DNA from: Zygnema circumcarinatum SAG 698-1b
Lineage: Eukaryota; Plantae; Zygnematophyceae
NCBI GenBank assembly: GCA_037447605.1
Contig: CM074805.1
Span: forward strand, 1,149,361-1,213,360
Reading direction: 5' to 3'
DNA: 64,000 bases
In this document: positions 23,354 to 35,740 of the stretch, in pieces
How the letters are laid out: each line of letters starts with the position of its first letter
Numbering within the stretch: position 1 is the stretch's first letter
Program-made: the position numbers and the translations under genes
Notes under the pieces: model-generated
The model's database searches: none
Told to the model about the DNA's origin: nothing
The model's input: the letters and a program-made list of their open reading frames with translations, nothing else

Positions 23354-26012
23354 TCATGAGGTGGCAAGTGAAGAATCAGCAGGACTTGTCACAGGTTGAG
23401 TGGAGGGTGCGGTACTGCGGTGGCTCACAAGTGACACGTAGACCGTCCAAATTACCCCCAAGGCGCTAGCACTGGCAACCTGCACAAGTAGAATTCGGCC
23501 CTATCAAGCCTCAACATTAAGCGGCATCCTTCAGCATGAGGTGACTAGACATTGGCTGCCTCGTTGAACTGCAGAGTCGTTTGACTGTCACACCACTGCA
23601 TGTGAGGTTGACTTGAAACATGTGGGGCTAACGATACAGAACCAGCAACTATACTACGGCCTGCGTAAGGAAAAAATAACCTATGAAAAGAGGTTAATTG
23701 GATCGTGCACTCGGCATACCTGGAGGGAAGGAGGTACAAACTTAAAGTTGGCGAATTGAAAAGGGATCCAAACTTTCCATTGGGCAAAAACTGTGGGCAT
23801 CAAGTCCTGTACGACGAGCCATAAACAAAGTGCATAAGAGCTTCTGATTCCCAACAAGACCCGCTTTAGCCTGTAGTTGGAATTCGTGCTAGAAAGAAAC
23901 CATTTGGGCCCTTCTTTTTCCGATAAGACTTTCTTATCTTTGAAAAATAACGAAAAGGAAGGCCTGCTTCTGCTTACAATGGACGGCTTCACTACTCTCC
24001 CAATTTCATATAAGCAATGGTTTTGATACTCGGCTGCGAAGGTTTCTTATACCTTTTCCAATTTTGGTAGAACTTCCCCCGGCTTTCCCTCCAGTGTCAA
24101 AACTATCCCGAAAAAGCAGGCCAAGGAAGCAGGTGCAAAAATAAGCTGGAGCCGCCATCACCCCAACATCCCGGTCAAGAAGGGGCGCAAATGAGCCTCC
24201 TGCAGCAGATGCCCCTTGCGAAAATGCATTCAGACAGACCTAGACAGCTACTGAAACATATTGGACTATCCCTAGCTCTCTGAAGAAATCCAGCTACAAG
24301 AGCTACGCAGTGGAAAGGGAGGGTAAAAGTCACAAAAGGGAGGGTTATTCACGAGTCGGAATTGGGATCAGAGGGGAAAGTTGAAGTTGGTTCAGAGGAG
24401 CACCTGGTCAAGAGCAAGACGTATCAATGTGCCCTTATCTCCTGGTACAGAAATGATGCGTGGCAGGAGACCGTACCTACATGCAGCATCGATGTGCAAC
24501 TTCAGTTAAAGCTCCTGAACACCATTCAAGTCAACGCGTTCCTCGCTCAGTTATATCAAATAAAAGAGACGGCCTTTTAGTTTTGAGGCAAAGACTGACG
24601 CAGTCAAATGTATTGCCAGGGTGAGGTTTTATTACCAGATGTGCAAGCATGGTCCTACAATAAAGAGGCCAATTGCAGCAAATCCAAGGAGGCGTGTTAA
24701 ATCCACCCTAGGTGATCGTTCCAAGACAACCTGCAGTTGTAACGTCCGCCACCAATTTCACATTCATTCTGTATGGGATGAGAAAATCCAGCCTTGCGTT
24801 TGAGTTTGTGTTTGCAGAGGTTTAGGTCATAACTACTGTTGGATGAACAGTGCAGTGTATGATTTCGTGCTGCTTAAGGACCAGCGCATCGGAATATTCA
24901 TCGACAAATGTGAGAAAGAGACATAATTGAACGAGAGAAAGTTCCTCTCTCTGACAACTGTAACCGCAGCTGCCAGTTTAAGCCTGCAATTAAGGGGAAT
25001 CTGGGTGCAGGATTTTGTGTGGTATGGAAAAAAATTGCGGTGTGCGGAAGTCACCTGACAGAAGAGATCTGCCACAAAGTTTAAAAAAGCGGCAGTTATC
25101 GCTTTAGTCAAAATTGGATACTTCTCAACGAGAAAGCAATACCTGCCAATTGGTCCCACCGCCAAACAAAAACCACTCCAAGTTAGATTTTCCCAAGCCA
25201 AGCCAGAAGATGAGGACATAGGTACGCTAACACCATTGGAAATCATACTAGTGGACATTCGTGTGTATTGAATTCCACCAGTATCATGTCTCCATGTTTC
25301 TTTTATTACCACCACCCCAACCAGCTTAAAAAATCATCGTCAGCAAACGAAAACAAAGCAGTTCCTCCCAACCCGCCTTCAATAACCCTCACGGCATTGT
25401 CCTTAGAAATAAAGGGCTGCATTTCCATCACAGCAAAGCTGAACAGCCATGAAATGTAAATATGACAGGGAGAACCAACCTCGCCCATAGACCCCCATCA
25501 TTTCCCGGGTCCTCTCCCTCTAATCTACCTTCGTCACCGGATCCTCCCCCATCACCACCTCCAGGCCCCTTTCCTCGTCCCGACCCCCATCCCCCTCCGC
25601 CTGGGGGATCACCTCCCCAGCCGCCATCTGCTACGTTCTCCATACTGCCAACAGCATCCGCACTGCTCTCGACTTGCCACCTGTCCTTCCGAGTCGAACT
25701 CATCGCAAGAGAACCGAACATTGCTCCTTTGCCACAGTTGGCTTCAGCCAACCGGAAGCCATGGCGCCCTTCGTCTCCTGTAGCTTCACTAGTCGCTAAG
25801 GAGTGCGTGGAGTGCCTCAGCTGCCTGCTGCTTGTGGTTTGCAGACTTGTGCGAACCGCAATACTCCTAGAGATCTTACAAACTTGAGGAGAAGAAACGG
25901 TTCTTGATGTTAGGGAAGCTCTGTAACTTGCAGGGGACGTCAATGCGCAACTCCTCAAGGAAGAATTTGAAGCTCTCAGCGTGCACTGTGCATTCATCTG
26001 CATTGCCGCCAT
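23354..26012 (-). CDS. Mpv17/PMP22 family membrane protein with predicted plastid transit peptide and Gly-rich linker
   Basis: Ser/Arg/Thr-rich N-terminus MAAMQMNAQCTLRASNSS, then a GGG-rich linker, then YCFLVEKYPILTKAITAAFLNFVADLFCQ, DLTRLLGFAAIGLFIVGPCLHIWYGLL, RLALDQLIFAP, AQWKVWIPFQFANFKFVPPSLQVASASALGVIWTVYVS. Seven exons splice in phase; stop at 23354. Confidence 0.93.
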
Positions 26013-26145
26013 GGATCCACGCCCAGGCAAGATAGGACCCCCTCCCTTCCAAATGAAGCAGCTCCTCCAACTCTCCCTACTCTGCACTCTGCAGGAGAAG
26101 TTCCCGGGAAGAAAGCAAACCCCTTCATGGAATTGCTCTCAGAGC

Positions 26146-26351
26146 GCCACGTGGGGGAGGAGCGAGAAGAAACTAGGAAAGGGGAGGTGCCACGTGGTAG
26201 CAGGGCAGAGATATGTACCCGGCTGTGGCGACACGCGTCAGCGGGCTGTAGGGAGAGCAGATATGCGCCCTGTGGGAGGGGATTGGGGAGGCAGGAAGGG
26301 GCGCCACGCGGCAGAGCAGCCGATTACCTTTTGCTGAAAGAGAGGCACGTG
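26146..26351. promoter_or_regulatory. Cluster of G-box/ABRE and CE3-like elements upstream of the Mpv17/PMP22 gene
   Basis: CACGTG at 26148, 26191 and 26346; ACACGCGTC at 26231; CACGCG at 26305. Confidence 0.6.
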
Positions 26352-27178
26352 GGCCATGGCCGGATAAGCAGGCTACATCCACCCACCTCTCTTTTTAAAC
26401 CTTTTAAGCAGCATGGAATATATTACAATCTTGAACCTTGGAGGTTGAAGGTGGGTGGAAGTTGAGATGTGCCATCTTGGAAAATAGTTTTCAACTGCCC
26501 CCAATGACATTTTGATGCTTTCAAAAAAGTCGGAATTTGGTCAACTGTTTTGGGTGTTGGCGCTAGACACTAGACATTTCGCTTTGTTGAAGTTGGCGAA
26601 CAATGGCCGACCCAACAAGTGCCACCTTGGGTTTGCAGGGCTCCACAGACCCAGGTTCATAAGGGGAAGCCAAACGGAGCCTTTATAAAAACGCATATCG
26701 TAAAAACAACTTGAAATTGGGATCTGATACTTTCTGAAAACGCCACCTCCGTATCGAGGCCAAAGGGGGATTTCCGGATTTCCGGGATTGCCTCAATCCT
26801 GCCGGTTTTCCGGCCCAATTCTGGACACCTTCTTTACCTGGCACATGAACTTCCGTTTATATGCTGCCGCCAATTGCACGGCTTACATGAGGCTACATAC
26901 AACGTTTTACCTGTTGGGAAAAAAGGCACTCTAAAATCAAGCTATCGTGCCCCTTACTGTCCTCACCAAGCTCCTCTCTCCCCCCCCTCCTCCCTCCACA
27001 TATCCCTCTCCCTTCTTGCATGTGGCTTTTATTCCCATGACCGTCCTATGCTGGACCCTCTATGGCATGTACAGCTCTCAGCTTAACCTAAGACAGATGA
27101 GTGAACGCCTCCCATAGAAAAGTGTCTTTCTCCCCAAAAAAAAGAACGGGGATTGCTCCTGCGAGTCCGTACTGCTTT

Positions 27179-30100
27179 TCACCCCGCTGCCTCCACTTTT
27201 CTCTTCTTTTTCCTCCGCTCCATCAGCTTCTCCGCTACCCTCGCTTCGCGGCCTTTTGCCAGCTTAGCCCTCACCTCTGCCACCTTACTTTTTGCATCGC
27301 TGAAAGGGGCGTTGGACTTGGCTGCTAGTAGGTGCTGCAATCTCAGACCCACGTAGATTGAACTATGTGAGAGTCTTGGGCGACTGGGATCCATGTGAAC
27401 AAGCAATGGCAGCGAGAATCCAACAAAGGAATGCTCTAATACAAGATGCAAAACCAAGTCCATCAATGATGAACGGATAGGAGAGATTAGCAGAGCAATG
27501 TTTGCAGACTATGGCAGATGCTGGGCGAACCTTCATATGTCCCAATGCGGCGAGGTTGAGTCCAAGCACATCCTTTAAAGACTGTCCAGCAAACGAGACC
27601 CCACGTAAGAGTTATGAACTGCACAAAACTCTGAGCCGATAAAGCATGAGAACCTATCTCTAGATGCTGCAGAATCGACCCACCTGGACCGATTTTCGCA
27701 AGCTCTGATGCAGCACAGTGAGAACAGGCCGTGACGAAGGCATGGCGACAAGCTGCTGCTGATGTATTCTCAACAGAAGGACTGCCACTCGCACTGTTAA
27801 TTCTACCTGCATCAGAACAAGCACCCCATTATGTGCTTTAGGTCCTTTGTAACTTCCAGACTGTCAAACTTTTTGCTCCGAAAAGCCATCAACACCTTCA
27901 CCATACAGGAAAAGATATTCCATGGAACATTTTTAGAATGGGGAGGGAGGGAGGCATAGCACAGCTGCTTCAGGATGCAGTACTAACCTGGGGTCCCCCA
28001 TGCATCCATTCTGGCAACAGCTCCATCAATTTTAGGGCGTCTGTGAATGGAAGGCTCTGCATCCCCAACCGCCATAAAAGGAAATGATTGAAGGGAAATT
28101 CTACAACACCAAGTGAGCGAATAGGAATAATGACAAAACCTGCAGTTGCAACTTACATCGTGAAGCCCATGCTCATCAAGTGCAACAGTCAAAATCTACA
28201 AAAAAAAAGAAAAGACTGCCGCAACTCAAGTGTCAACACAACACATTGGAAACTATTTTCGCGCTTTGTCAAAAGGAGAATCGCCGGAAAAGAGCTTGTT
28301 TCTTCCACTAAGCCACCTTCGTCACTCTACAACAAAAACTTCTGCAGAGTACTAGTCATTACCTACCAGATAGCTAGACTTCCTACCACAATTGAAGAAG
28401 AGTGGCAGAAAGGAAGTGGTTTGAGGGGCCGTGAGAGAACCCACCAGCAGTGCCTGCTCCAAATCGTTTGTTCGCACATTTGAAAGAGACTTCAACACAT
28501 ATTCAGAGGGTGATAGGCCGAGGAGCAGCACATTGGGTGCGAAAACCTTTGAGCTCTTTCCTCCACTATTTCTCTTCTCCGCCTGATCCTCCAATCAACA
28601 CAAAAAGAAGGTCCAGTTTCTCACTCTCCATTAAGCAGGAAAAACAACCCGCATGCACTCCTTTCAGCGGAAGTGAGCTCGGGGGTTCTACTGGGGCTCA
28701 GAAATAGACATCTCGGCCTTGACTTCCAACGACCAATCCCTTCAAAACAGATAACTGAATACTCACTTCATGAGCCTGTAGCCTTTCCGTTTCTGATGCT
28801 GCAAGGTCAAGTGCTTCAATGATGGAGTCAGCAGCTGAGAGTGTCTCTTTCGTTCTCAGTCCTGCAGCAGCCACTCCTCCCTCCTCGCCCCCCTCGCCTC
28901 TCTCTGCCGCACTCGGGCCTTCCTCCACGTCTTCCTCAAACATTGCTTCTAGCCGCTTTTCACGCTCTTCCTGCATCACACCCACAAGTAAGCAGTCAAC
29001 TAAAGTCTCTCCCTATAGCCAACAGAGCCTTCGAGCAGCAGCTTACAAATCCCAACAAGTGCTGTATTGTAAACCACTCCCCCACCCCCAACCAACCCCC
29101 AACCAACCCCCAAACTCTCAATTCCGAACACACTCTTACCTCGTGATAAAACAAAAATGACGAGAAGCAATCAAGCATCTAAGAACAGCCATTGTCTCGC
29201 ACTTAGCAGAGACTACAAGAACCCCATGAAACCACGAAAGGCTCCCACACACCTCCACAAAGAAAGGCTCATCCGTCCTCTCCCACCGCCGGAGTGAGCG
29301 GTCGTGCGAGCCTGTAACCACAAAGTCTCCCAACGAGCTCACTGCCAAAGCCCACACTTCAGCATGGTGGCCCTCCAACGTGAGCAGATGTTCAAATCTG
29401 TCACCGTCCCAGTACTTCACCAAACGGTCTTTTCCTGCAGTGAAGAAATAGTGCGTCCGGGGCACAAATTGCACCTGCATCACACTGTGAAATACCCACC
29501 AAGCGGAAATTTGGGAATCTGACTTCATGTGCGTGCAAGCCTACTCTCTCCCCTTCTTCTCCCATTCTTCCGCTCCCCCTAACCTCTCCCCCTCTCTCTC
29601 CTTGTCCGCATCTCATTTCTCTACTGATACAGAAGCTGCAAGTCCACTTCTTAGCCTTCTCATTTCTAAATACTTTCTGACCTTTTCCCCTGAACCATTA
29701 GACATTAATCGGACAACTATCACGGAAGGTCCTCGCTAATACCTAGCTTACTTACTTCAAAAGGAGCAACAGCCAAACATCGCCCCACTCAGCTTAAATA
29801 AGACTTGGCAGCACAATTTCTCCTGTCGAGAAATCGCTGCATGTGGGCATGAAAACAAGGAGCAAGATGGAAGTGAGTCAGACCTGTCAGCATGTGCAAA
29901 CAAGGACTTGTGGCAGTCCCCAAAATCCAAACCCCATAGCTTCACATTTTTGTCTGCCGAACCGCTGACCAAAAGTGCGCTGTCGGAGGAGATGTCGAGG
30001 CAAAGCACGGGCAGCTTGTGGCCATACATGGAAAGGAAAAATTTGAGACTGTCGGCAAAAAAGACCTACCCCACAACATAACGAAAAAATGTAAGCGGGT

Positions 30101-33100
30101 GGAGAACTGCACTAAGAGTCAAGAGCTTCGCTTGTCAAGATTTCAGAGCCGAATTACAAAGTGGTGAGGGTGAAAAAACGGAACGACGAATAGAAATTGG
30201 GAAGGTGATATGCATATGCCCACCTTGATAGTGGAGTCTAACAACGCCACTGCGATGTACTTCCCATCGGGGCTGAAACGCACACTCAGCACATCCTCTG
30301 TCATCTTCAGAGTACGCGTGTGTGCCACTGTGAATTGCTTGGCTGCCTGTAAGCATTAGCGTTAGTGACCAGTTAGTTTTAAGCTGTGACTAAAGGATCC
30401 ATACAAGGTTGCTGCTTGGAGACTGAGCAGCGCCTTCTAAAGGGTAGGAAAGGCTTTTCTTGTGGAGGTGAACTCACTGAGCTATCGCCGATTGCAACCT
30501 CATATTCCCAAAACTGCACATCCCTTGAGCCCCTCAAGAAAGGCATGTCAATGGGGCCCATATGAGAGTATACGACACCAATTTGTGAGTCATTCCTATA
30601 GTCGACCATGAACAAAAAAATTAGCATCTCGAATGGCGGTGAGAAGTCAACAAGTCAACGGTGGTTAATTCATCTCCTGCAATCTAAACGCATATACATC
30701 AGAAATCGACAATAGTAAGTCTGAGACCCACGAGAAAAGCCTAGAGAGCACCAACAGCCCGGAAAAAAACGCAAAATAGTGAGGGGATGTTAGGAGCAAC
30801 AACGACAGCTGTGAATACAACTCTAGCATTCGAATGTATTCAGCTACATCAGGCGTTTTGGGGGACTCCCAGCGGAATCCCTTCCCTTCCGCATAGCTCA
30901 CTGCCCAAAGTGGCAAAGGATAGAGAAAAGGCAAAGAGCAGCCCACCTTCACATGATGGTCTGCGCTGGCAGTGGCGAATCCCGACCCGTCGGGCAGTGC
31001 GGCAATGCCCCAAATGGCTCCCTCGTGGGCGGCTAAAACCTCCACGCGCTGAGCCCCTCCCACATCAAAGAGCTCCAAGGTGCCCTCTTTCGTCCCTACC
31101 ACCGCCTGTCCGCGGAACAATGTGTTTCGCACACAGGTGGGGACAACATATATATATACGTCAGCTGCTGTTCAGACCACATGTGAGATAATAAGCCGAT
31201 ACAAGCGCATCCTTACACAACGCAAGGGGGTCAACCTATGATCAAGCATTCGACATAACTATGCATACCAGAGAGAGCGCAAGAACACGGATAAATCCCA
31301 GGCCAACAAAGAGCTTGCACGCCCACGTTCACGCCTGAGAAAGTTTCTCAAGTCTCGTTGTGCTTTCCGACTGCTGACCCTTGAATCATAGAGCTCTCAG
31401 AGTCCCAAGTTCGCCTGCTGCAATTCCACCAACTTGCAGTGCTGGAAATTAAGAAGAAAGAGACAGACCTGCCGGTTTGAAGGGGCGAAGAGTCCGCATA
31501 GGCTGTACCCCGATTCCACCGTTCGCAAGCAGACTCCTTTATGGGGGTTCCAAATCTGCATGCACCCAAGCGCCGACTCAAATAGTGCTCAAATGATCCA
31601 ATTGCTTTGCAAGGTAGTCTTCAGCATGCCTCCGATAGAACAATAGTCATTCGAGCTGCAGTCACATTAGGTTTGCTGAAGTTAAATGGAGCCTCGTGCT
31701 TCTCGTTTCCGACCTGTCTTTCTCAGAGCGCTCTATGAAAGAGAGTTGAAAGCCGAAGAAGTTGTGACAGTAGACGGATTCTCACCTTGACGGAATTGTG
31801 AGAGCAGGAGAGGAGAAGGGAAGCGTCCGAACTGAGTGCTACTGCACGCACATCGGAACTGTGGCCCGGTAGATTGATTACATGTGTTCTCTCTGCAGTA
31901 GCTTCATGCACGTCATGGACCTGCCAAAAGCAACTTGAGACCAGCAGTCAAACACTGTTAGGAACACCCGACATTTTTCACTACAAACTTGAAGCGATCG
32001 ATGTCTGCAATGAGGGTTCCCATTAGACTGTCGGCTGCTTGGTTTCTATGTCAACCACCTTGATTCTTCTAGTTGTTCCCTTTCGATTTAGTAATGCCCT
32101 TTAAAGAAAATCCGGAGGTACAACTGACAGAAAGAAAAACTAATGTGACCGGTGGTTATTGTCCAAGAAAAAGCAGCCTCCTTTCACATGCTGTGCGAAG
32201 TCATGGTCACTAGCAGTGGGAAAATTTCACCTCCAAAGAGTTATTGTGCAGAGCCAACGCAACCACAGCTTCTATCCCTTTCTTCGGAGGTGCCTCGGAG
32301 AAGGCAAATGAACGAATTTTCTGTTTTGTCCGCAGCACCTGCATGAGAAAAGACGCTCCTGAGAGTCTGACACCTACGACAAAGGGGCTTCCTATAAAGC
32401 ATGTCTCCCCCAGCGTAAGTTTGTCCCTGACGATTCCACTCAAAATTATATGGTTACCTTCCTTCTGCAGCCACCTCTGTCACTAACTAAGCTGTATTAT
32501 AGAGAGATAACCATCAGTGGATTTTCCATCCCAATGACCTCGTTGTTTACATTGCAAGGAAAAACCATGCAACAATGCACCTCCATAGAAGCCAGTCAGG
32601 GCCGAGGTAAGCAGGCAACTCAGCAGTATCAGACTATCCATAAAAAGGACACCGTCCTGTGTTAAGATAGCACAGCCAATGTAAGATGCCAAAGGCCAGC
32701 ATAGAAAGCTGCTTGACCTGAACTTTCAGGATTTTGTTTTGGGCTACTTGTAAAATATTGCAAAGACTAGTGAACTCAATGACGGAATATCTTTAGGTTA
32801 ACGTTGGACAACCTACCTGAAGGAGGCTTAGCTCGTCAGTCGCAACAATGGAATTGGAGTCCTCCTCAGCAACCTCATCCACTGCGGTGTCAACAGCATC
32901 TGCAGCACCTGTTTTTCGAGCCTTCTCTTTTTTTCGAAGTTTACGCCGTTTTGCATGCTTCAGTGCCTCTTTGGCAGCTCTCACCCTGCCATTGCGACGG
33001 ACAGAGTCCTTAATATTTCATGGCCCCATCCTATGATCACCAATACTTTCCCTTGCAACAGACATCAAGCAGACCTCGCCTTAGAAACCTTAAGGACAAC

Positions 33101-35140
33101 GGCGGGCATCACACGAAGAGCCATATTCAAAAGAGAGGAATGGCCACCTGGCTCACCGAAAAATCTCCAGGGTCTTTCCAGCCGCTTGACAACCTAGTAG
33201 AGTTCCACCAGAGTTGAAGCGCAAAGTCACTACCCTATCACTGCTTTGCCGTTGAATGCTTCCCATTGGGCTCAATATGTCCCACTGCTTCTCCCCCTCT
33301 TGCTCCGCCCCGTCACTTTTCTGCAACTCTGCACTGACACCAACTACTGCCTTCCCTTGCTCTTTAGCACCCTCATTCCCTCCAATCTGAAAGACGCGCA
33401 GTTCTGCATCAGCAGCACCAGTTATAAGGCGCTCTTCAGAGGGGTCCACATCCAGGCTCCAAACTTCACAGCGGTGTCCAACAAGTGTCTGCAGACAATG
33501 CTGGGTGTCTAAGTCCCATACGCGCACAAACGAGTCCTTGGAACTGCTAACCAACCAGTGGCCACGCTCTATGAAGACAACGTCTGTCACCTGCACTCCC
33601 CCACCCCATTCATCCGCCATAGCTAATAAGCTTCAGCCATTCGAACACTTCAGCGCTGCAGTCTAAATTTCTTTTCAAAACAATGCTAGAAAAATGTTGG
33701 AGGCGATTCAGGCGCGTTCCTTTCGTTCAAATATTGGTAATGACAAATTTAGTCAACCACCTGTCATTGAAATCCTAAGGTCCACCTCCATATTCCCACG
33801 TTTGAAGTCCCTACTTTCTGCTTGTGGACAGCATTCATACGGTTTTTTAAACTCGTACACAGCCCACAATTTACAATCATAAAAATTGCCCCGAATTTTG
33901 AAAAAGAATAAAATCGCCGGGTGATAGGGCTTCACAAACGAATCTACGAATTTCACAATATTGATGTTTCCCTTCCTGTTCTAAGTATACTTGAGAAAAG
34001 CTATGCAAAGACGAAATCCCAACTTATCTACGTCGTCTCCACAAGCTTTATGTAGTAAACCTAAAGAAATTTAAGTGAACCTGTCTTCAAGCCGCTACAA
34101 GAAAAGATCACTGTAGAGTTCATGGTATCAGATGGGTTTGGCCCTTGTGAAGATTAGAAATTTGCTACACTACTTTCTCCTTCAGCAATTTGCGGTACGT
34201 GTTACACTTATCTAATTTAACCACAGTTTTGCAGCCCCGCATTTTGACATCATTGTTTTGTGTTGCTCCAACTTCGAAACGCACACTAACTTCTTGGACC
34301 GGCTGATTTTTGGTGGAAGCATGTTCCACAACAATGATGAGTGCAGCAAAAGCGAAACATCCCAAGTGCTAAAAAAGTAGCAGCATGAAGCTTGTAAGGC
34401 AAATCTTCTTCATGATAGTGGTGGTTTCTGTGCATGGCTTGAACTGCAAACTGGCAGAGGTGACAGACTTGCCGGCCCACGGTGCCCCTTAAGGCGGTAG
34501 AGGCCCATCTCTCCCACCACGTCCCACACAATGACATCTGTGTCTTTCCCGCCGGATGCAAGGAGTCCACCTCCTTGGTTAAACCGCAATGCAGAAACGC
34601 CCGACTTGTGCCCGTTCAGCTGCACATCGCAGATGCCCTTTTCATAATCCCACAGGCGGATAGAGCCGTTCGAGTACCCCACTGCCACCTGCACAAAGGA
34701 AAGCCGCACTCAATACAAACAAACATGTTCGTCTCAAGCAGTTGAACGTCCTCCAGCCTAAAAAAGAAGCCACCTCGAAAAATTACATCATGAAAGCCTA
34801 ATAACAATGCCCTTTTCCTCGTCCACGCCCCCCCAACTGTCCTCATCCAAAGAGCTCAGAATCGAGAAAGGTCGAGCACCAGCGAGGAGTGCGTGGGGCT
34901 CCGCGCCATGGCGGTCACTTCCGGCGCAGCCCCTTCCCCCCCCAGGCCCGCCCCCGCCACCCCCGCCGCCGGCTCCAGCACGTGCTGCGCGGCGCCCTGG
35001 CGCACGCTCCACGCCTGCACCCTCTCCAGCGCCGCCGCCAGGAGCAGGCGCCCCGTGGCGTCCCACAGGACGTTGGCGCCCGGGGACGCGACCACGCCAA
35101 ACGTCCCCGCGAGCTCGTACCGCAGGTACGTCTTCACCAT
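27179..35140 (-). CDS. WDR3: WD40 SSU-processome protein WDR3/UTP12/DIP2
   Basis: MVKTYLRYE.., repeated GH..WD motifs ([42 protein letters not shown]), EEREKRLE and the Utp12 C-terminal domain ([36 protein letters not shown]). All junctions could be spliced in phase; intron 2 needs a GC donor. Confidence 0.97.
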
Positions 35141-35174
35141 GGCTGCCCCCCTCGCCTTGCTGCAGGGAAGCTCA

Positions 35175-35243
35175 CCCTTAACCCTAACCCTAAACCGTGA
35201 ACCCTAACCCCTAAGCTCTAAGCCCTGAGCCCTGAGCCCTAAG
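35175..35243. repeat. Degenerate interstitial telomere-like array (CCCTAA/CCCTAAA/CCCTGAG) just 5' of the WDR3 ATG
   Basis: cccttaaccctaaccctaaaccgtgaaccctaacccctaagctctaagccctgagccctgagccctaag, about 10 units. Confidence 0.85.
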
Positions 35244-35314
35244 CTGTCAAGGAAGGCCTCCTTCTGCAAGGGGGAGCTAACTCTTGCCGCCAACGCAACG
35301 GCTCCCCCTGACAT

Positions 35315-35323
35315 AAACCCTAA
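35315..35323. promoter_or_regulatory. Telo-box AAACCCTAA upstream of WDR3
   Basis: Exact telo-box match 175 bp upstream of a ribosome-biogenesis gene, the gene class where plant telo-boxes are known to be enriched. Confidence 0.6.
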
Positions 35324-35597
35324 AGTGAGAGTGGAGCGCAGGTCGTACGGAGCCGTACGAATGGCCACTTTGCATGCTGAACCGATTGCGTTCGGATTGT
35401 GTGAATGGCGGAACGGTCGTCGTTAGTGGAAGGACGCGTGGCGGCTGCAGGAGAGAAGGTACTCATGCCAGCGTGGCGCAAGAGTGCCAGGTCGCGCCAC
35501 GTGGGTACCACTGGTAGGCGGGCAGCGGCGCTTTGAAAAATCCTTGCAGGGAATTAGCCGCCTGCCAAGAAGGGCTGGAAGGGAGGAAAGGCCCTTA

Positions 35598-35634
35598 GGT
35601 GCAGGTGCAGGTGCAAGGTGCAGGTGCAGGTGCA
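35598..35634 (+). repeat. (GGTGCA)6 hexamer repeat in the SUS 5' region
   Basis: ggtgcaggtgcaggtgcaaggtgcaggtgcaggtgca. Confidence 0.9.
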
Positions 35635-35740
35635 GGAGGCAGGGCAGGAGGCGGAGAGTGGGGGGAGTTTAGAGGGGGGGCAAAGAGAGTCGCAAAGAGT
35701 AACGATCAAGGTCGAAGGGGATTGAGTAAGGAGAAGCGGC

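Noticed and set aside
26828-26850. TTACCTGG resembling the U1 snRNA 5' end
   Set aside because: The match is only 8 nt and the downstream sequence has no U1 stems or Sm site.
35175-35243. True chromosome end or telomere-healed break
   Set aside because: The array is short and degenerate, with intact genes on both sides; it is treated as interstitial.
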